A DNA stretch of 64,000 bases from an uncultured Methanosarcinales archaeon. GTDB lineage: Archaea > Nanobdellota > Nanobdellia > Woesearchaeales > JABIAG01. This document shows positions 20,555 to 30,601 of the stretch, piece by piece (position 1 is the first letter of the stretch; each line of letters starts with the position of its first letter). Under the pieces are notes generated by a model. It saw only the letters and a list, made by a program, of their open reading frames with translations. It had not been told where the DNA came from and searched no databases. The stretch spans positions 78,109 through 142,108 of the forward strand of contig CAZJAJ010000002.1 of assembly GCA_964544335.1 (NCBI GenBank), written 5' to 3'. Position numbers and translations under genes: made by a program.

Positions 20555-22219
20555 CTACATCTCTTCAGGATGTTCCATGAGCAGCAGTTCCATCGTAATA
20601 CCAAGAATCTGCTTGGTTGCAGTAACCAGTAATACTCGAGATTCAGTTAAATCCTTATCATCACCAATAACTGGGCATGACCTATAGAATACATTAAACG
20701 CACGCGCAACATCAATAGCAAACCGTGCAACAACAGACGGTCTATTACGTTCAATGGCTTCTGCAATAACATCATCAAATGAACCAAGCAACTTCAGTAA
20801 ACCATACTCTGCATCCTCAGTAAGCAGTTCATGTAAAATCTTCTTCTTTGTTTTCTGGGCATCATACTTTCGCAAAATACTACAGCATCGAGCATACGCA
20901 TACTGCACATACGGTCCCGTATCACCTTCAAAATCAAGTACCTGATCCCATGTAAATGTAATGTCATTTGTTCGATCACTAAAGAGATCATTAAACACTA
21001 CAGCACCAATACCTACTTGCCGAGCAACCTCTTTCTTTTTCTTTAGCTTAGGATTCTTATCACTAATGATTTTGTGTACTTTTTCTATTGCCTTATCAAG
21101 AACATCTTCAAAGATAATGATATTCCCTTTTCGAGTAGACATGGACTTATCGGGAAATCGCATCCGTCCAAAAATAATGTGCTCTCCAACCCCATCATAT
21201 TTCTTATCAATTTTCTTAAGTGTTGCAAATACTTGTTCAAAATGTAATTTCTGAGCAACATCAACCACATACAAAATTTTCTTTGGCTTATATAATTTCA
21301 TCCGAGAAATAAAAGCAGCAACATCTCGTGCAGCATACGTACTTGCACCATCGCTTTTTAGAATAATGCATGGTGGCTCTTCCTCACCAAGTGGTGCAAC
21401 AAGAGCGCCATCATCACGTTTAACAATGCGTTTTTTCTTAAGCAGAGCAACTGTCTTCTCTACATCTTTTACTGCAACAGCCTCTCCATCAAAAGAATCA
21501 AACCGAACACCCATCATAGTATAGATACGTTCATAATCAGAAAGTGAAACTTCTCTAAATAATTTCCACAAGGCAACTGATTGCTTATTGCCATCTTCCA
21601 GATCCTTAAACGCATCTCGTGCAAGCTCATGTAGAACAGGATCCTTTTCAGCTTCCTCATGAAATTTCACATAAATTCTATTAAGCTCTTTAACACCTTC
21701 TTTTTTGATTTTTGCAGGACTACTCCACTTCTCAGCAGCAAGAATCAGCTGACCAAAATTTGTTCCCCAATCACCAAGGTAATTAACGCCGGTCGTAGTA
21801 TATCCCGCATAGGTGTAAATCCTATACAAGCTTCCACCAATAACAGTGCTTCGCATATTATGAATGCCCATATGCTTTGCCACATTTGGCTGTGAATAAT
21901 CAATGACGATCTTTCCTTTTCGTTTGAGCCGTCCAAAGTGTTCATCATTGCTAATGGCAGTAAGCACTTGATGAGCAATGACTGCTCTATCCAAAAAGAA
22001 GTTCACATATGGCCCTTTTGCATCAACACTCACCCCTTTAATATCAAGTTCACTAATAAGATCTACAGCAACCTCATGTGGTTTCTTCTGCCGTTTTGCA
22101 GCAAGCTTAAAACACGCAAAGGCATAATCTCCCCACTCTGGGTTTGGAGGTACCTCAAGAACAACTTCGTCTTTGGTAATCTCTCTAAGAGCCTTTACAA
22201 TAGATTTTGAAAAATCCAT
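20555..22219 (-). CDS. argS: Arginine--tRNA ligase
   Basis: DYSQPNVAK, NYLGDWG, KSDG, MSTRKG, GDTGPYVQYAYAR, terminal EEM. Confidence 0.95.
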   Translation of the reverse strand: MDFSKSIVKALREITKDEVVLEVPPNPEWGDYAFACFKLAAKRQKKPHEVAVDLISELDIKGVSVDAKGPYVNFFLDRAVIAHQVLTAISNDEHFGRLKRKGKIVIDYSQPNVAKHMGIHNMRSTVIGGSLYRIYTYAGYTTTGVNYLGDWGTNFGQLILAAEKWSSPAKIKKEGVKELNRIYVKFHEEAEKDPVLHELARDAFKDLEDGNKQSVALWKLFREVSLSDYERIYTMMGVRFDSFDGEAVAVKDVEKTVALLKKKRIVKRDDGALVAPLGEEEPPCIILKSDGASTYAARDVAAFISRMKLYKPKKILYVVDVAQKLHFEQVFATLKKIDKKYDGVGEHIIFGRMRFPDKSMSTRKGNIIIFEDVLDKAIEKVHKIISDKNPKLKKKKEVARQVGIGAVVFNDLFSDRTNDITFTWDQVLDFEGDTGPYVQYAYARCCSILRKYDAQKTKKKILHELLTEDAEYGLLKLLGSFDDVIAEAIERNRPSVVARFAIDVARAFNVFYRSCPVIGDDKDLTESRVLLVTATKQILGITMELLLMEHPEEM

Positions 22220-22290
22220 GAGATCTCACAAGAAAGTGCGTATATAAAGATTGTTACTAAAGCAAAGGGAAAAGAAAGGGAATAAAAAAA

Positions 22291-22482
22291 TTAGTTTTTA
22301 TCGTCATCATCATCAGACGAGTCATCATCATCGTTTTCATCAAATTCCTCAGCATCCTCATAACCATGCATAAATGCCTCTTCTTCTGCGGAGATCTCTC
22401 CCCCATCGATAAATGACTCTCTACCTTCTTCTGAGTAAACGTTTACTTCGCTTTGTTCTGGATTAAATTCTTCTTCTTCCAT
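22291..22482 (-). CDS. Small highly acidic protein
   Basis: 63 aa, D/E-rich, ISAEEEAFMHGY core. Confidence 0.65.
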   Translation of the reverse strand: MEEEEFNPEQSEVNVYSEEGRESFIDGGEISAEEEAFMHGYEDAEEFDENDDDDSSDDDDDKN

Positions 22483-22582
22483 GATATTCTGCTGCTTTCG
22501 CCCTGTATAAAAGTGTTACTATATAGCAATCCATAACTTCCCAAAAACTTTAAAAACTTAATTTGGTATTAAAGAAATCATC

Positions 22583-22930
22583 ATGGAACTAAAAATGGTT
22601 GTGTTGGTACGAGAAGACCTTAATCTCTCTCCTGGAAAGCTTGCAGCTCAAGTAGCACATGCAGCAGTAGAATGTGCTCTGCACACGGACAGAATGCTCA
22701 TTGCAGATTGGATAAGTCTTGGTGCAAAAAAGGTAGTACTTAAGGTAAAAAATGAGGTAGAACTCAGTAAATACCAAAATGCTGCAAGAAATGCAGGTCT
22801 AAAAACACAAGTCATTGCAGACGCAGGAAGAAATGAAGTTGATGAAGGCACAGAAACCTGTGTTGGAATAGGTCCTGCAGTTTCAGAAAAAATAGATGAC
22901 GTAACAGGCACTCTTGACAAATACGAATAA
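22583..22930 (+). CDS. pth2: Peptidyl-tRNA hydrolase Pth2
   Basis: GKLAAQVAHAA, KKVVLK, DAGRNEV, GIGP. Confidence 0.95.
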   Translation: MELKMVVLVREDLNLSPGKLAAQVAHAAVECALHTDRMLIADWISLGAKKVVLKVKNEVELSKYQNAARNAGLKTQVIADAGRNEVDEGTETCVGIGPAVSEKIDDVTGTLDKYE

Positions 22931-22934
22931 GTAC

Positions 22935-23384
22935 TTATTTCTTTTTCTTAATCAATTTCTCAAACTCTTCTCTAAACTCTTCCACATCTTCAAATCCTTG
23001 ATATACAGATGCATACCTTAGGTAACTGATCTTATCAATTTTCTTAAGATGTTTCATCACAAGACTGCCAATTTTTGTAGAAGGAATCTCAACACTTTTA
23101 CTTCGCTTAAGTTCTCGATCAACCTTGCTCACAATATTATCCATTTGCTCAAGACTAATACGTTTCTCACATGCACGAATAAGACCTTGCTTTAACTTAT
23201 CCTTATCAAATCGCTGCTTTGCACCATTACGTTTAATCACCGTAATATCTACTTGTTCAATACGTTCGTAGGTAGTAAATCGCCTCTCACACTTAAGACA
23301 CTCTCGTCGTCGTCGAATAGCGTCATCACTATCTCGCTTATCTACAACCTTAATTTGTGCATGTGTACAATACGGACATTTCAT
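22935..23384 (-). CDS. nrdR: Transcriptional repressor NrdR (Zn ribbon + ATP cone)
   Basis: MKCPYC, IRRRRECLKCERRFTTYE, VIKRNG, YLRYASVY. Confidence 0.95.
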   Translation of the reverse strand: MKCPYCTHAQIKVVDKRDSDDAIRRRRECLKCERRFTTYERIEQVDITVIKRNGAKQRFDKDKLKQGLIRACEKRISLEQMDNIVSKVDRELKRSKSVEIPSTKIGSLVMKHLKKIDKISYLRYASVYQGFEDVEEFREEFEKLIKKKK

Positions 23385-23429
23385 ACTATATGTTGTGCAA
23401 TGAGCTCCCCCTACCACAACATGTTGTAT
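23383..23429. promoter_or_regulatory. Tandem NrdR boxes, 31 bp apart, between the TATA box (23437-23444) and the nrdR start
   Basis: ATACTATATGTTGTGC (23383-23398) and CCACAACATGTTGTAT (23414-23429) match acaCwAtATaTwGtgt. Confidence 0.8.
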
Positions 23430-23517
23430 GTGTATCTATATAAACTTTTAGCTTAAACGATGTGTTATTCTCTACAGATTTAAAAACATTTAAATATCTT
23501 TTATACCAAAAAAATGT

Positions 23518-25370
23518 ATGAGCTTTTTCTCTCTACCAAAAATATTACTAATGGTCATATTGCTTAGTAGTTTGGTAGTTGCAGGAGTAACCTTTACTGG
23601 TGGGCCTGGACTTAATGCAACATACGTATCACCAACACCAGCAAATGCAACAGAATCAACAACTCGCTATTTTGAAGTAAACGTCTCACTTGACAATAAT
23701 AACCTCAATCAAGTGTTCTATGATTGGAACGGTACAAACTACACTATATACAATTCATCACTCATACTGATGCTCAACTTTGATAACACATCGGTTGAAG
23801 ATGTGTCATTGCTTGCAAATAATGTTACAGAATCAACCACAGCACTAATAACACAAGGAAAATACAAACAAGCAAGAGGTTTTAACGGAGGAAATAGTTT
23901 CATTCGTGTTCATATGCACAAGCATTCAACTTTGAAACAGGTGCATTTACCATTGCAGCATGGATTCTCACAAACTCTACAGGCATCCAAACTATTTTCA
24001 GTACCGATCAAGCAGGAACATCACAAGATATTAAATTCTTTATTCCAAACACAGATATTCTCTCTTGTCATCTCAATGATGTAGGAATACGAACTGATAA
24101 CGCACTCAATACCTCTGAGTTTAACTATGTGGTTTGTACGCGTAATGCAGGAGGAACATTGAGTATGTATGTAAATGGACAACTCATTAATTCAACAACA
24201 AGAGCAGTTAACGTTTCAAATAGTACCGATATATTCATTGGGATGAATAACATTACATTTGCAAATCGATACTTTAGCGGAGTAATAGATGAACTTCGAG
24301 TATGGAATGCAAGTCTATCTCATGAAGAAATTCAACAACAATATCTCTCTAATCTCAATAAACTCAATAGCACACAGTGGTACTTCTACGCAAACCAAAC
24401 ACGTAATGCAACAGATACACTCACCAATGGAACATACACGTTTAATGTATACACACAAAACCAAAACACCAGTTATGCATCCACAGGTGATAGAATCTAT
24501 GTAGTAGATGGTGCAGATCCAAATGTAACACTCAATTTACCGCTTGGAAATTATTCAAATACTACAGCAAATCCTGCAACTGTTGTGTTTAATTGTTCTG
24601 CAACAGATAACAACACGCTTACAAATATTACACTATACATAACTGCAAGTGACAATACATCATTTGCAGCAGACCAAACAGCAACAGTAAACGGATCAAA
24701 TGCATCAGCACAATGGAATAAGTCAGTAAGTAATGGAGACTACACCTGGAATTGCCTTGCAACTGACACTGCAGGAAACTCTGCATTCGCATCAGCAAAT
24801 AGATCCTTCTCAGTAGATTACACCGCACCTGCAGAAGAAACTACGACCACCACTACAACCACTACAAGTGGTAGAAATTCAGATTCATCACGGCGTGTGA
24901 GAACAGATACCATTACCAATTACCTAACAGATGGAGTATCTCAATTCACCTTAATTGAAGACAACAGTGTAATCTTTACCACTGATGGAACTGAGCACAA
25001 AATTACTGCAACAGAAACAAACACAGATGAAGCAACGGTGGTAGTGAATGGAAAATCATACACCATGGAAGAAGAAACTACCATTGACTTTGGAGCATTC
25101 ACACTCAGTGCAGTAGATCTAAGAACAGCATCTGTTGTCCTTATTGTTCAACTACCACAAGAAGATGATGTGGAAGAGATTATGGAAGAAACCGATGACA
25201 TGGAAGATGATGAATCTGACATGGATGGTGACATCGACACAGAAACAATAGAAGATGAACAACAAGATGAAGAAGGTTCATCCCTTGCATCAAAAGCACT
25301 TGCAACACTCGTACTCCTTGGTGGCATCTGGTATCTCTACAGTGAAGCAATCATACGATTTCTCATTTAA
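23518..25370 (+). pseudogene. Secreted LamG-like / Ig-like surface protein with C-terminal TM anchor, interrupted by a single frameshift at ~23898-23912
   Basis: Signal peptide; ...GFNGGNSFIRV continues in the other frame as YAQAFNFETGAFTIAAWI...YVNG...FSGVIDELRVWNASLS; Thr-rich and acidic linkers; TM end. Confidence 0.75.
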
Positions 25371-25383
25371 TTCTTGAAAAAAA

Positions 25384-25458
25384 TGGGCTCTACGGGATTC
25401 GAACCCGCGGCCTAAAGGTTAAGAGCCTTTCGCTCTGACCAGACTGAGCTAAGAGCCC
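25384..25458 (-). tRNA. tRNA-Lys(CTT)
   Basis: GGGCTCT/AGAGCCC-A acceptor, AAAGG-CTCTTAA-CCTTT anticodon arm, GTTCGAATC. Confidence 0.95.
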
Positions 25459-25534
25459 ATCACTCATGGGCTTGAGCAAAGCGAAACCCATTTCGATATG
25501 AAGTGACGAAACAGTTCGACTGTGCTAAGAGCCC
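25442..25534. repeat. Short structured insertion flanked by 17-bp direct repeats (copy A)
   Basis: GACTGAGCTAAGAGCCC (25442-58) / GACTGTGCTAAGAGCCC (25518-34); core TCAT-stem-AGCAAAGCG-stem-ATTTCG-N11-CGAAAC shared with 44.3 kb. Confidence 0.7.
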
Positions 25535-25600
25535 GCTCAATGTAAACAGGGTGGGAAGATGTGTTTTAAAAATGTATTTTTTTAGAATATTCATCTAACT

Positions 25601-26293
25601 TTACTCTTCCAAAATAGCAGGAACTTCAATATAACAATCACCATGTCTATCTACAATGCCTGAAGCATACTCATCTGATCGTTTTCTAATAACTCGTCTA
25701 TCCTCGCCGAGCATACGTGGAACAACAAACCCAAACATTACATAATTAAGAAGCGTAGTGCTCATATCAAGGCCCTCTCTTGCATGCATAAGTGTATCAC
25801 GAGCCGATGAATATCTCACCCCACACCGATATAATAAATCTCTACTAAACCCCTTCACTCCTTGTTCTCTATAAGAATACAACTCATTAATATGAGACAA
25901 CCTATGAAACAAATTACCGCTCCCTGAAGGTTCTGTACTCATCATAATCAAAAAAGGATCAGCTAAACAATATGGTTCACTTTGCATAACACTCTCAAAC
26001 CGCTCTCGTTCATCTGGAAAATGCATTACAGCAAGAGTATTCATAAAATCAAATAACACCACACTCGTATAGAAATCCTTTCGAAGGTGTTCTTTATCTT
26101 TATTTTGACAAGAAAGTTCATACGTAAACGAACGTATCTTCTCACTAATTTTCTGTTCTGCAAGAGCAGGTAAAGAAAAATCAATTTCCTCATGCAGTGC
26201 ATGCACATATCGTGCAAGTGACCAGTACGGGATGCAGGTACACTCTTGCCTAAGTCCCAAATGAAGATCCAGTGATAGGTTTTGCCTTCCCAT
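25601..26293 (-). CDS. Hypothetical protein
   Basis: Long ORF; start set at MGRQNL; no recognised motif. Confidence 0.6.
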   Translation of the reverse strand: MGRQNLSLDLHLGLRQECTCIPYWSLARYVHALHEEIDFSLPALAEQKISEKIRSFTYELSCQNKDKEHLRKDFYTSVVLFDFMNTLAVMHFPDERERFESVMQSEPYCLADPFLIMMSTEPSGSGNLFHRLSHINELYSYREQGVKGFSRDLLYRCGVRYSSARDTLMHAREGLDMSTTLLNYVMFGFVVPRMLGEDRRVIRKRSDEYASGIVDRHGDCYIEVPAILEE

Positions 26294-26380
26294 GCAGACT
26301 GTAAGCACATCTAGAATTAAAATGTTATGAATAAAACAGACAGACACATCTTTATAAACACTCTTCGATTCCTAGCCTAA

Positions 26381-26815
26381 ATGAGCATATTTACACCAAT
26401 CCCACTCCCAACACAGTGGACAACAAGAGGCGTTGCACGAGCACTGACTGACTTTTCCAATAACTACTCTTCGCTCTCTGCAAAAATGGGTAACTATCAA
26501 CTAACCTATGTACCAAACGTTGACATGGAAGCAGAGTATGATATTGGAATCATTGGCAGTTGGTTTACACAGGAAAGAGGATTCACAAAAGAAGTACTTG
26601 CAGATCTGCTCTACATCCGTAATCAAACAGATCACATTTCTATTAGAAAAATGCAGGGAACAAACGTATGTACAGTAACACTTGGTATTGATGAAGCAAG
26701 AGTAGAATTAGACTCGCTACACCAATCTCCTGCAACACAGCCAGTAATTCAATCTGCAAGAAAAGCATTTGGAAAAATAGTTCCAGCATTAGAGCAACTT
26801 GCAAAAGCAAACTAA
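26381..26815 (+). CDS. Hypothetical protein
   Basis: 144 aa, TTTATAAA box upstream at leaderless spacing. Confidence 0.65.
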   Translation: MSIFTPIPLPTQWTTRGVARALTDFSNNYSSLSAKMGNYQLTYVPNVDMEAEYDIGIIGSWFTQERGFTKEVLADLLYIRNQTDHISIRKMQGTNVCTVTLGIDEARVELDSLHQSPATQPVIQSARKAFGKIVPALEQLAKAN

Positions 26816-26818
26816 TTC

Positions 26819-27280
26819 TTAACGTCTAATTTTTCCAGAATGAATCAAAACTGATTTCACAACCTGAATGCCTTCATCAAGTGAAGTAACTCTATAGGCT
26901 GCAATTTCTCTAATCATGGCATGATCGTGGAAGTTACCTGATTCTTCCATGCACATGACAACTGGTTTTCTATAGGTGTCAGCCCAACCAAATTCAACAC
27001 AAGTACCAACAGATACTCTCTTAGCACCTAGAAAATTAACAAGCATAACATCACAGCCCTCTACATCAAAACGATCCCGCGTTGTAATGGCTTTATCAGT
27101 TGCCATAACATGATTCTGATCCCCTTCAATGACTTTACCTTCAAGAAATTCTTTTGCACGCATAGGAGAAACACCAATAATTCCATCTTTTCCAAGTTCC
27201 TGAGTTGCATACTCCCTCCAAGAAGTACAACCATCATAATGAAGTCCTTCAATGGGTCCTGCAAGATACACTGATGCCAT
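26819..27280 (-). CDS. Nucleoside 2-deoxyribosyltransferase / Rcl-like N-glycosidase
   Basis: VYLAGPI, RDRFDVEGCD, SVGTCVEFGWA, KPVV. Confidence 0.8.
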   Translation of the reverse strand: MASVYLAGPIEGLHYDGCTSWREYATQELGKDGIIGVSPMRAKEFLEGKVIEGDQNHVMATDKAITTRDRFDVEGCDVMLVNFLGAKRVSVGTCVEFGWADTYRKPVVMCMEESGNFHDHAMIREIAAYRVTSLDEGIQVVKSVLIHSGKIRR

Positions 27281-27400
27281 GAAATTACGATCAAAAAATC
27301 TATTTTAAAGATTTATCTACTGTAACACCTTATCAGTCCATGCGTAGAAACATTTAAATACTCTTTTCCCGAAAAATAGAACATAAAAAGAGGTGACACT

Positions 27401-27928
27401 ATGTCTGATGATTACGAACTTATTCCACTTGACGAAGTGGAGAAATTAAAAGCTGAAATCGCAGCACTCAAACAAGGAAAAAAATCTTCTCCAGCATCCC
27501 TTGCAGGAACTCTTGACAGACTTGCAAATGCACTTGAAAAACTATTCAAAATCTTTGAAGTGGCAGCAACTGACATGGAGCAAGATAAGCTGCACGAAAA
27601 AACCTTTGAAGAAAAAATTCAACCACTCATGGACAAAATACGATCCATGGAACAACAAAATAAAGATCTTGCAGAAGGCATTCTTGCAATGGCAGACATT
27701 GTAAAAGGCATAGATAGAAAACTCGCAGTACGAGATACGCGAAGAATGTCCTCTCAAACAATGCCACCTAAATCTCCGCTTGATGTAGGAAGACCAATGT
27801 CACCTCCACCAATGCAGCAACCTTCAAGTCCTAGCATGCCACCGCCTAGTCTACCACCGGCAAGCGCAATGCCACCACCGCCTCCAATGCCGGAGGAAAA
27901 AGAAGGACTATTTAGCAGATTCAAATGA
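27401..27928 (+). CDS. Coiled-coil protein with Pro-rich C-terminal tail
   Basis: GAGGTGA RBS; heptad pattern; poly-Pro tail ending KEGLFSRFK. Confidence 0.7.
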   Translation: MSDDYELIPLDEVEKLKAEIAALKQGKKSSPASLAGTLDRLANALEKLFKIFEVAATDMEQDKLHEKTFEEKIQPLMDKIRSMEQQNKDLAEGILAMADIVKGIDRKLAVRDTRRMSSQTMPPKSPLDVGRPMSPPPMQQPSSPSMPPPSLPPASAMPPPPPMPEEKEGLFSRFK

Positions 27929-28365
27929 CTTCCCCAGGAGTAAGAAAAGCAAGAGTAGTTCTTCGAAGCCTAGGAAGAATTAACAAACGCTACAAAGAAC
28001 AGCAAAAAGCACGGGCATCACTACAGAAACTTCTCGATGCCGTAAATGAACGACCAACTGCTGCAAATTTAGTAAGACTCAACAAAGCAGTAGAAGATGC
28101 AATCAAAAAAGAAAAGGCCATAGCAGGATCAACACTTAGTGAATCAACAAAAGTGATACAACTGCGAAAAGCACTTGCAACACTCTCAGAAAACTATACG
28201 CGCCTACAAGAACAACTAGAAAACAATACTCCTAAAACAACGCTCACTAAAGCACAGCGTAAAAAAGAACTCAAAAAACGTCTTCTACTCCTTGAGAAAT
28301 CACTTGGAAATTCTAACAATAAAAAAATAAGAGAAAAAATTGCTTCCCTAAAGAAGCAAATTTAA
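27925..28365 (+). CDS. Basic coiled-coil hypothetical protein
   Basis: ATGA overlap with the upstream gene; helical and K/R-rich. Confidence 0.65.
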   Translation: MTSPGVRKARVVLRSLGRINKRYKEQQKARASLQKLLDAVNERPTAANLVRLNKAVEDAIKKEKAIAGSTLSESTKVIQLRKALATLSENYTRLQEQLENNTPKTTLTKAQRKKELKKRLLLLEKSLGNSNNKKIREKIASLKKQI

Positions 28366-28368
28366 TCC

Positions 28369-28530
28369 TTACAAATCTTTAGCCATAACAGTTGCTCTTT
28401 TGTTTGCTTTAGCTCTTGCTTCAGCATCAGCAACAAGTTGTTCAACTTTAGCATTAAGTGCTTCTGCAAAATCAGATGCTACATTGCAATCTTTTACAGC
28501 TTCTTTAATTTTAGCTTTTACTACTAACAT
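28369..28530 (-). CDS. Small histone-fold protein (53 aa; DUF1931/Bd0055-like)
   Basis: Own translation: MLVVKAKIKEAVKDCNVASDFAEALNAKVEQLVADAEARAKANKRATVMAKDL; GGTGAT RBS and TTTATAAA upstream; RxTV...D histone motif. Confidence 0.85.
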   Translation of the reverse strand: MLVVKAKIKEAVKDCNVASDFAEALNAKVEQLVADAEARAKANKRATVMAKDL

Positions 28531-28658
28531 AGTTATCACCCCAATTACGCCTTAATTCGAGGGTTTATAAATTTTGCGCAACTATTCTGGCGTTTTAGCC
28601 CGTCTACACCACATTTTCGCCGAAACACTTAAAAAAGGCCACTCCTTTACGTCTATAA

Positions 28659-29006
28659 ATGGCAGCACCACCACCACCACAAGAACCCGTACGATTACGA
28701 CTTCCAAAGAAACGTACACAACCAGATGGAAGAGTAATTGAAGAGACTTTTGGTGTAATTGATCAACGTCTTGGTGCTTCTAGACTAAAAGTGCGATGTC
28801 TTGATGGCAAAACACGAATTTGCAGAATTCCTGGAAGACTAAAAAAAGGTCTATGGGTACGTGAAGGAAATATTGTTATTGTTGAGCCATGGGAATTTGG
28901 CGGAGACGAAAAAGGCGATATCATCTACAAATACAATCCAGGTCAAGCAAAAGCTCTTAAGAAAAAAGGCTATCTGAAAAAAATCGATGACCTTGATGAA
29001 TTCTAG
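28659..29006 (+). CDS. eif1a: Translation initiation factor 1A
   Basis: LGASRLKVRCLDGKTRICRIPGRLKK, WVREG, KGDIIYKY. Confidence 0.95.
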   Translation: MAAPPPPQEPVRLRLPKKRTQPDGRVIEETFGVIDQRLGASRLKVRCLDGKTRICRIPGRLKKGLWVREGNIVIVEPWEFGGDEKGDIIYKYNPGQAKALKKKGYLKKIDDLDEF

Positions 29007-29051
29007 AATCACTCAATAATATTTATATAGCATGCAGTCCATCCAAACACC

Positions 29052-29336
29052 ATGCAAGTTGACCAAGAACTCACTAAAAAACTCGCACATATCTCGCGTT
29101 TAGAGCTCACTGAAGCAGAAATAGAAGAATTCACAGAATCTCTCAAATCAGTACTTGACGCATTTTCTAAAATACAAGAAGTGGACACAGAAAACACCAA
29201 AATGTCCATGCAACCAGTAGATATGAGAAACATCACAAGAGAAGACACACCACAAGAACCACTTACACCAGAGCAAGCACTCTCACAAACACAGCACAAA
29301 CAAGGTGATTTCTTTAAAGGACCAAAAGTAATATGA
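29052..29336 (+). CDS. gatC: Asp/Glu-tRNA amidotransferase subunit C
   Basis: LAHISRLEL, REDTP, FFKGPKV; gatCAB operon. Confidence 0.92.
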   Translation: MQVDQELTKKLAHISRLELTEAEIEEFTESLKSVLDAFSKIQEVDTENTKMSMQPVDMRNITREDTPQEPLTPEQALSQTQHKQGDFFKGPKVI

Positions 29337-30601
29337 ACGGATTTGCAGTAGAACAAGAACTCAGAGAAACCACAGAAGGTGAACTAGCAGACTTAAAAGT
29401 ATCAGTAAAAGATGGTATCTGTGTAAAAGGCATGCAATCAGCAGCATCCTCTGCAATCCTTAAAGGCCACAAACCTCTCTTTACCGCAACAGCGGTGCAA
29501 CGACTCCTGGACAAAGGTGCAACCGTAATTGGAAAAACCGTGCAAGATGAATTTGGCTTTGGATCATTCTGTCAAAATGTGGGTGAAGGATTTCAAGCAC
29601 CAACAAATCCACATGATGACACAAGAGTAACAGGAGGATCATCAGGTGGCTGTGCAGCAGCAGTAGCACAACTCGGTGACGATCACATCTCCATTGGTGA
29701 ATCAACAGGTGGATCAATCGTGTGTCCAGCAGCATACTGCAAAGTCGTAGGACTCTGTCCAACATACGGAAGAGTATCACGATACGGACTCATTGACTAT
29801 GCAAACTCTATGGACAAAATAGGACCACTTGCAAAATCAGTAAAACAGTGCGCAAAAATACTTTCAATAATTGCCGGCTATGATGAAAACGATCCAACCT
29901 CACTGCAAGCACCAGTAGAAAACTATGAAGAGTACTGTGGCAAAGGCGTAAAAGGACTAAAAGTTGGCATCATAAAAGAATCAAAAGACGTAGACGAAGG
30001 CGTAAAAGAAACCTTTGAAGCAACTATTGCAACACTCAAAGACAAAGGCGCAATAGTAGAAGAAGTATCACTTCCACTCACCTACACATACGGTATTGAA
30101 GCCTACTACATTCTTGCACTCTCAGAAGCATCAACAAACCTCTCAAAATACTGCGGTATCAGATACGGTGCATCAGAACCACTTGAAGGAAACTTTAATG
30201 AATATTTTGCAAAAGTAAGAGGACAACACTTTGGAAAAGAAGTAAAACGACGAATCCTACTTGGAACTTTTGCTCGAATGTCAGGATACAGAGATGCCTA
30301 CTACATGAAAGCACTCAAGGTACGAACAAAAATCATAGAAGAATACAAAGCACTCTTCAAACAATATGATGTACTCATTTCACCAACTATGCCAAATCAC
30401 CCTCCTAAAATAGAAGACATAAACACACTCACTCCATTAGAACAATACATGATGGACGTCCTCACCGTAGGACCAAACATTGCAGGCATGCCGCATATAT
30501 CAGTACCAATGGGAGAAGGACTTCCAAAGGGATGCCTCATCATTGGTGATCATTTACAGGAAGGAAAAATAATTCAGGTGGCTCATGAACTTTACAACTG
30601 A
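29333..30601 (+). CDS. gatA: Asp/Glu-tRNA amidotransferase subunit A
   Basis: VKD, GGSSGG, STGGSI, PTYGRVSRYGL, EVKRRILLG. Confidence 0.95.
   Translation: MNGFAVEQELRETTEGELADLKVSVKDGICVKGMQSAASSAILKGHKPLFTATAVQRLLDKGATVIGKTVQDEFGFGSFCQNVGEGFQAPTNPHDDTRVTGGSSGGCAAAVAQLGDDHISIGESTGGSIVCPAAYCKVVGLCPTYGRVSRYGLIDYANSMDKIGPLAKSVKQCAKILSIIAGYDENDPTSLQAPVENYEEYCGKGVKGLKVGIIKESKDVDEGVKETFEATIATLKDKGAIVEEVSLPLTYTYGIEAYYILALSEASTNLSKYCGIRYGASEPLEGNFNEYFAKVRGQHFGKEVKRRILLGTFARMSGYRDAYYMKALKVRTKIIEEYKALFKQYDVLISPTMPNHPPKIEDINTLTPLEQYMMDVLTVGPNIAGMPHISVPMGEGLPKGCLIIGDHLQEGKIIQVAHELYN

Noticed and set aside
24838..25275. ACN and GAY/GAR runs as tandem repeats
   Set aside because: They encode Thr-rich and acidic protein linkers.
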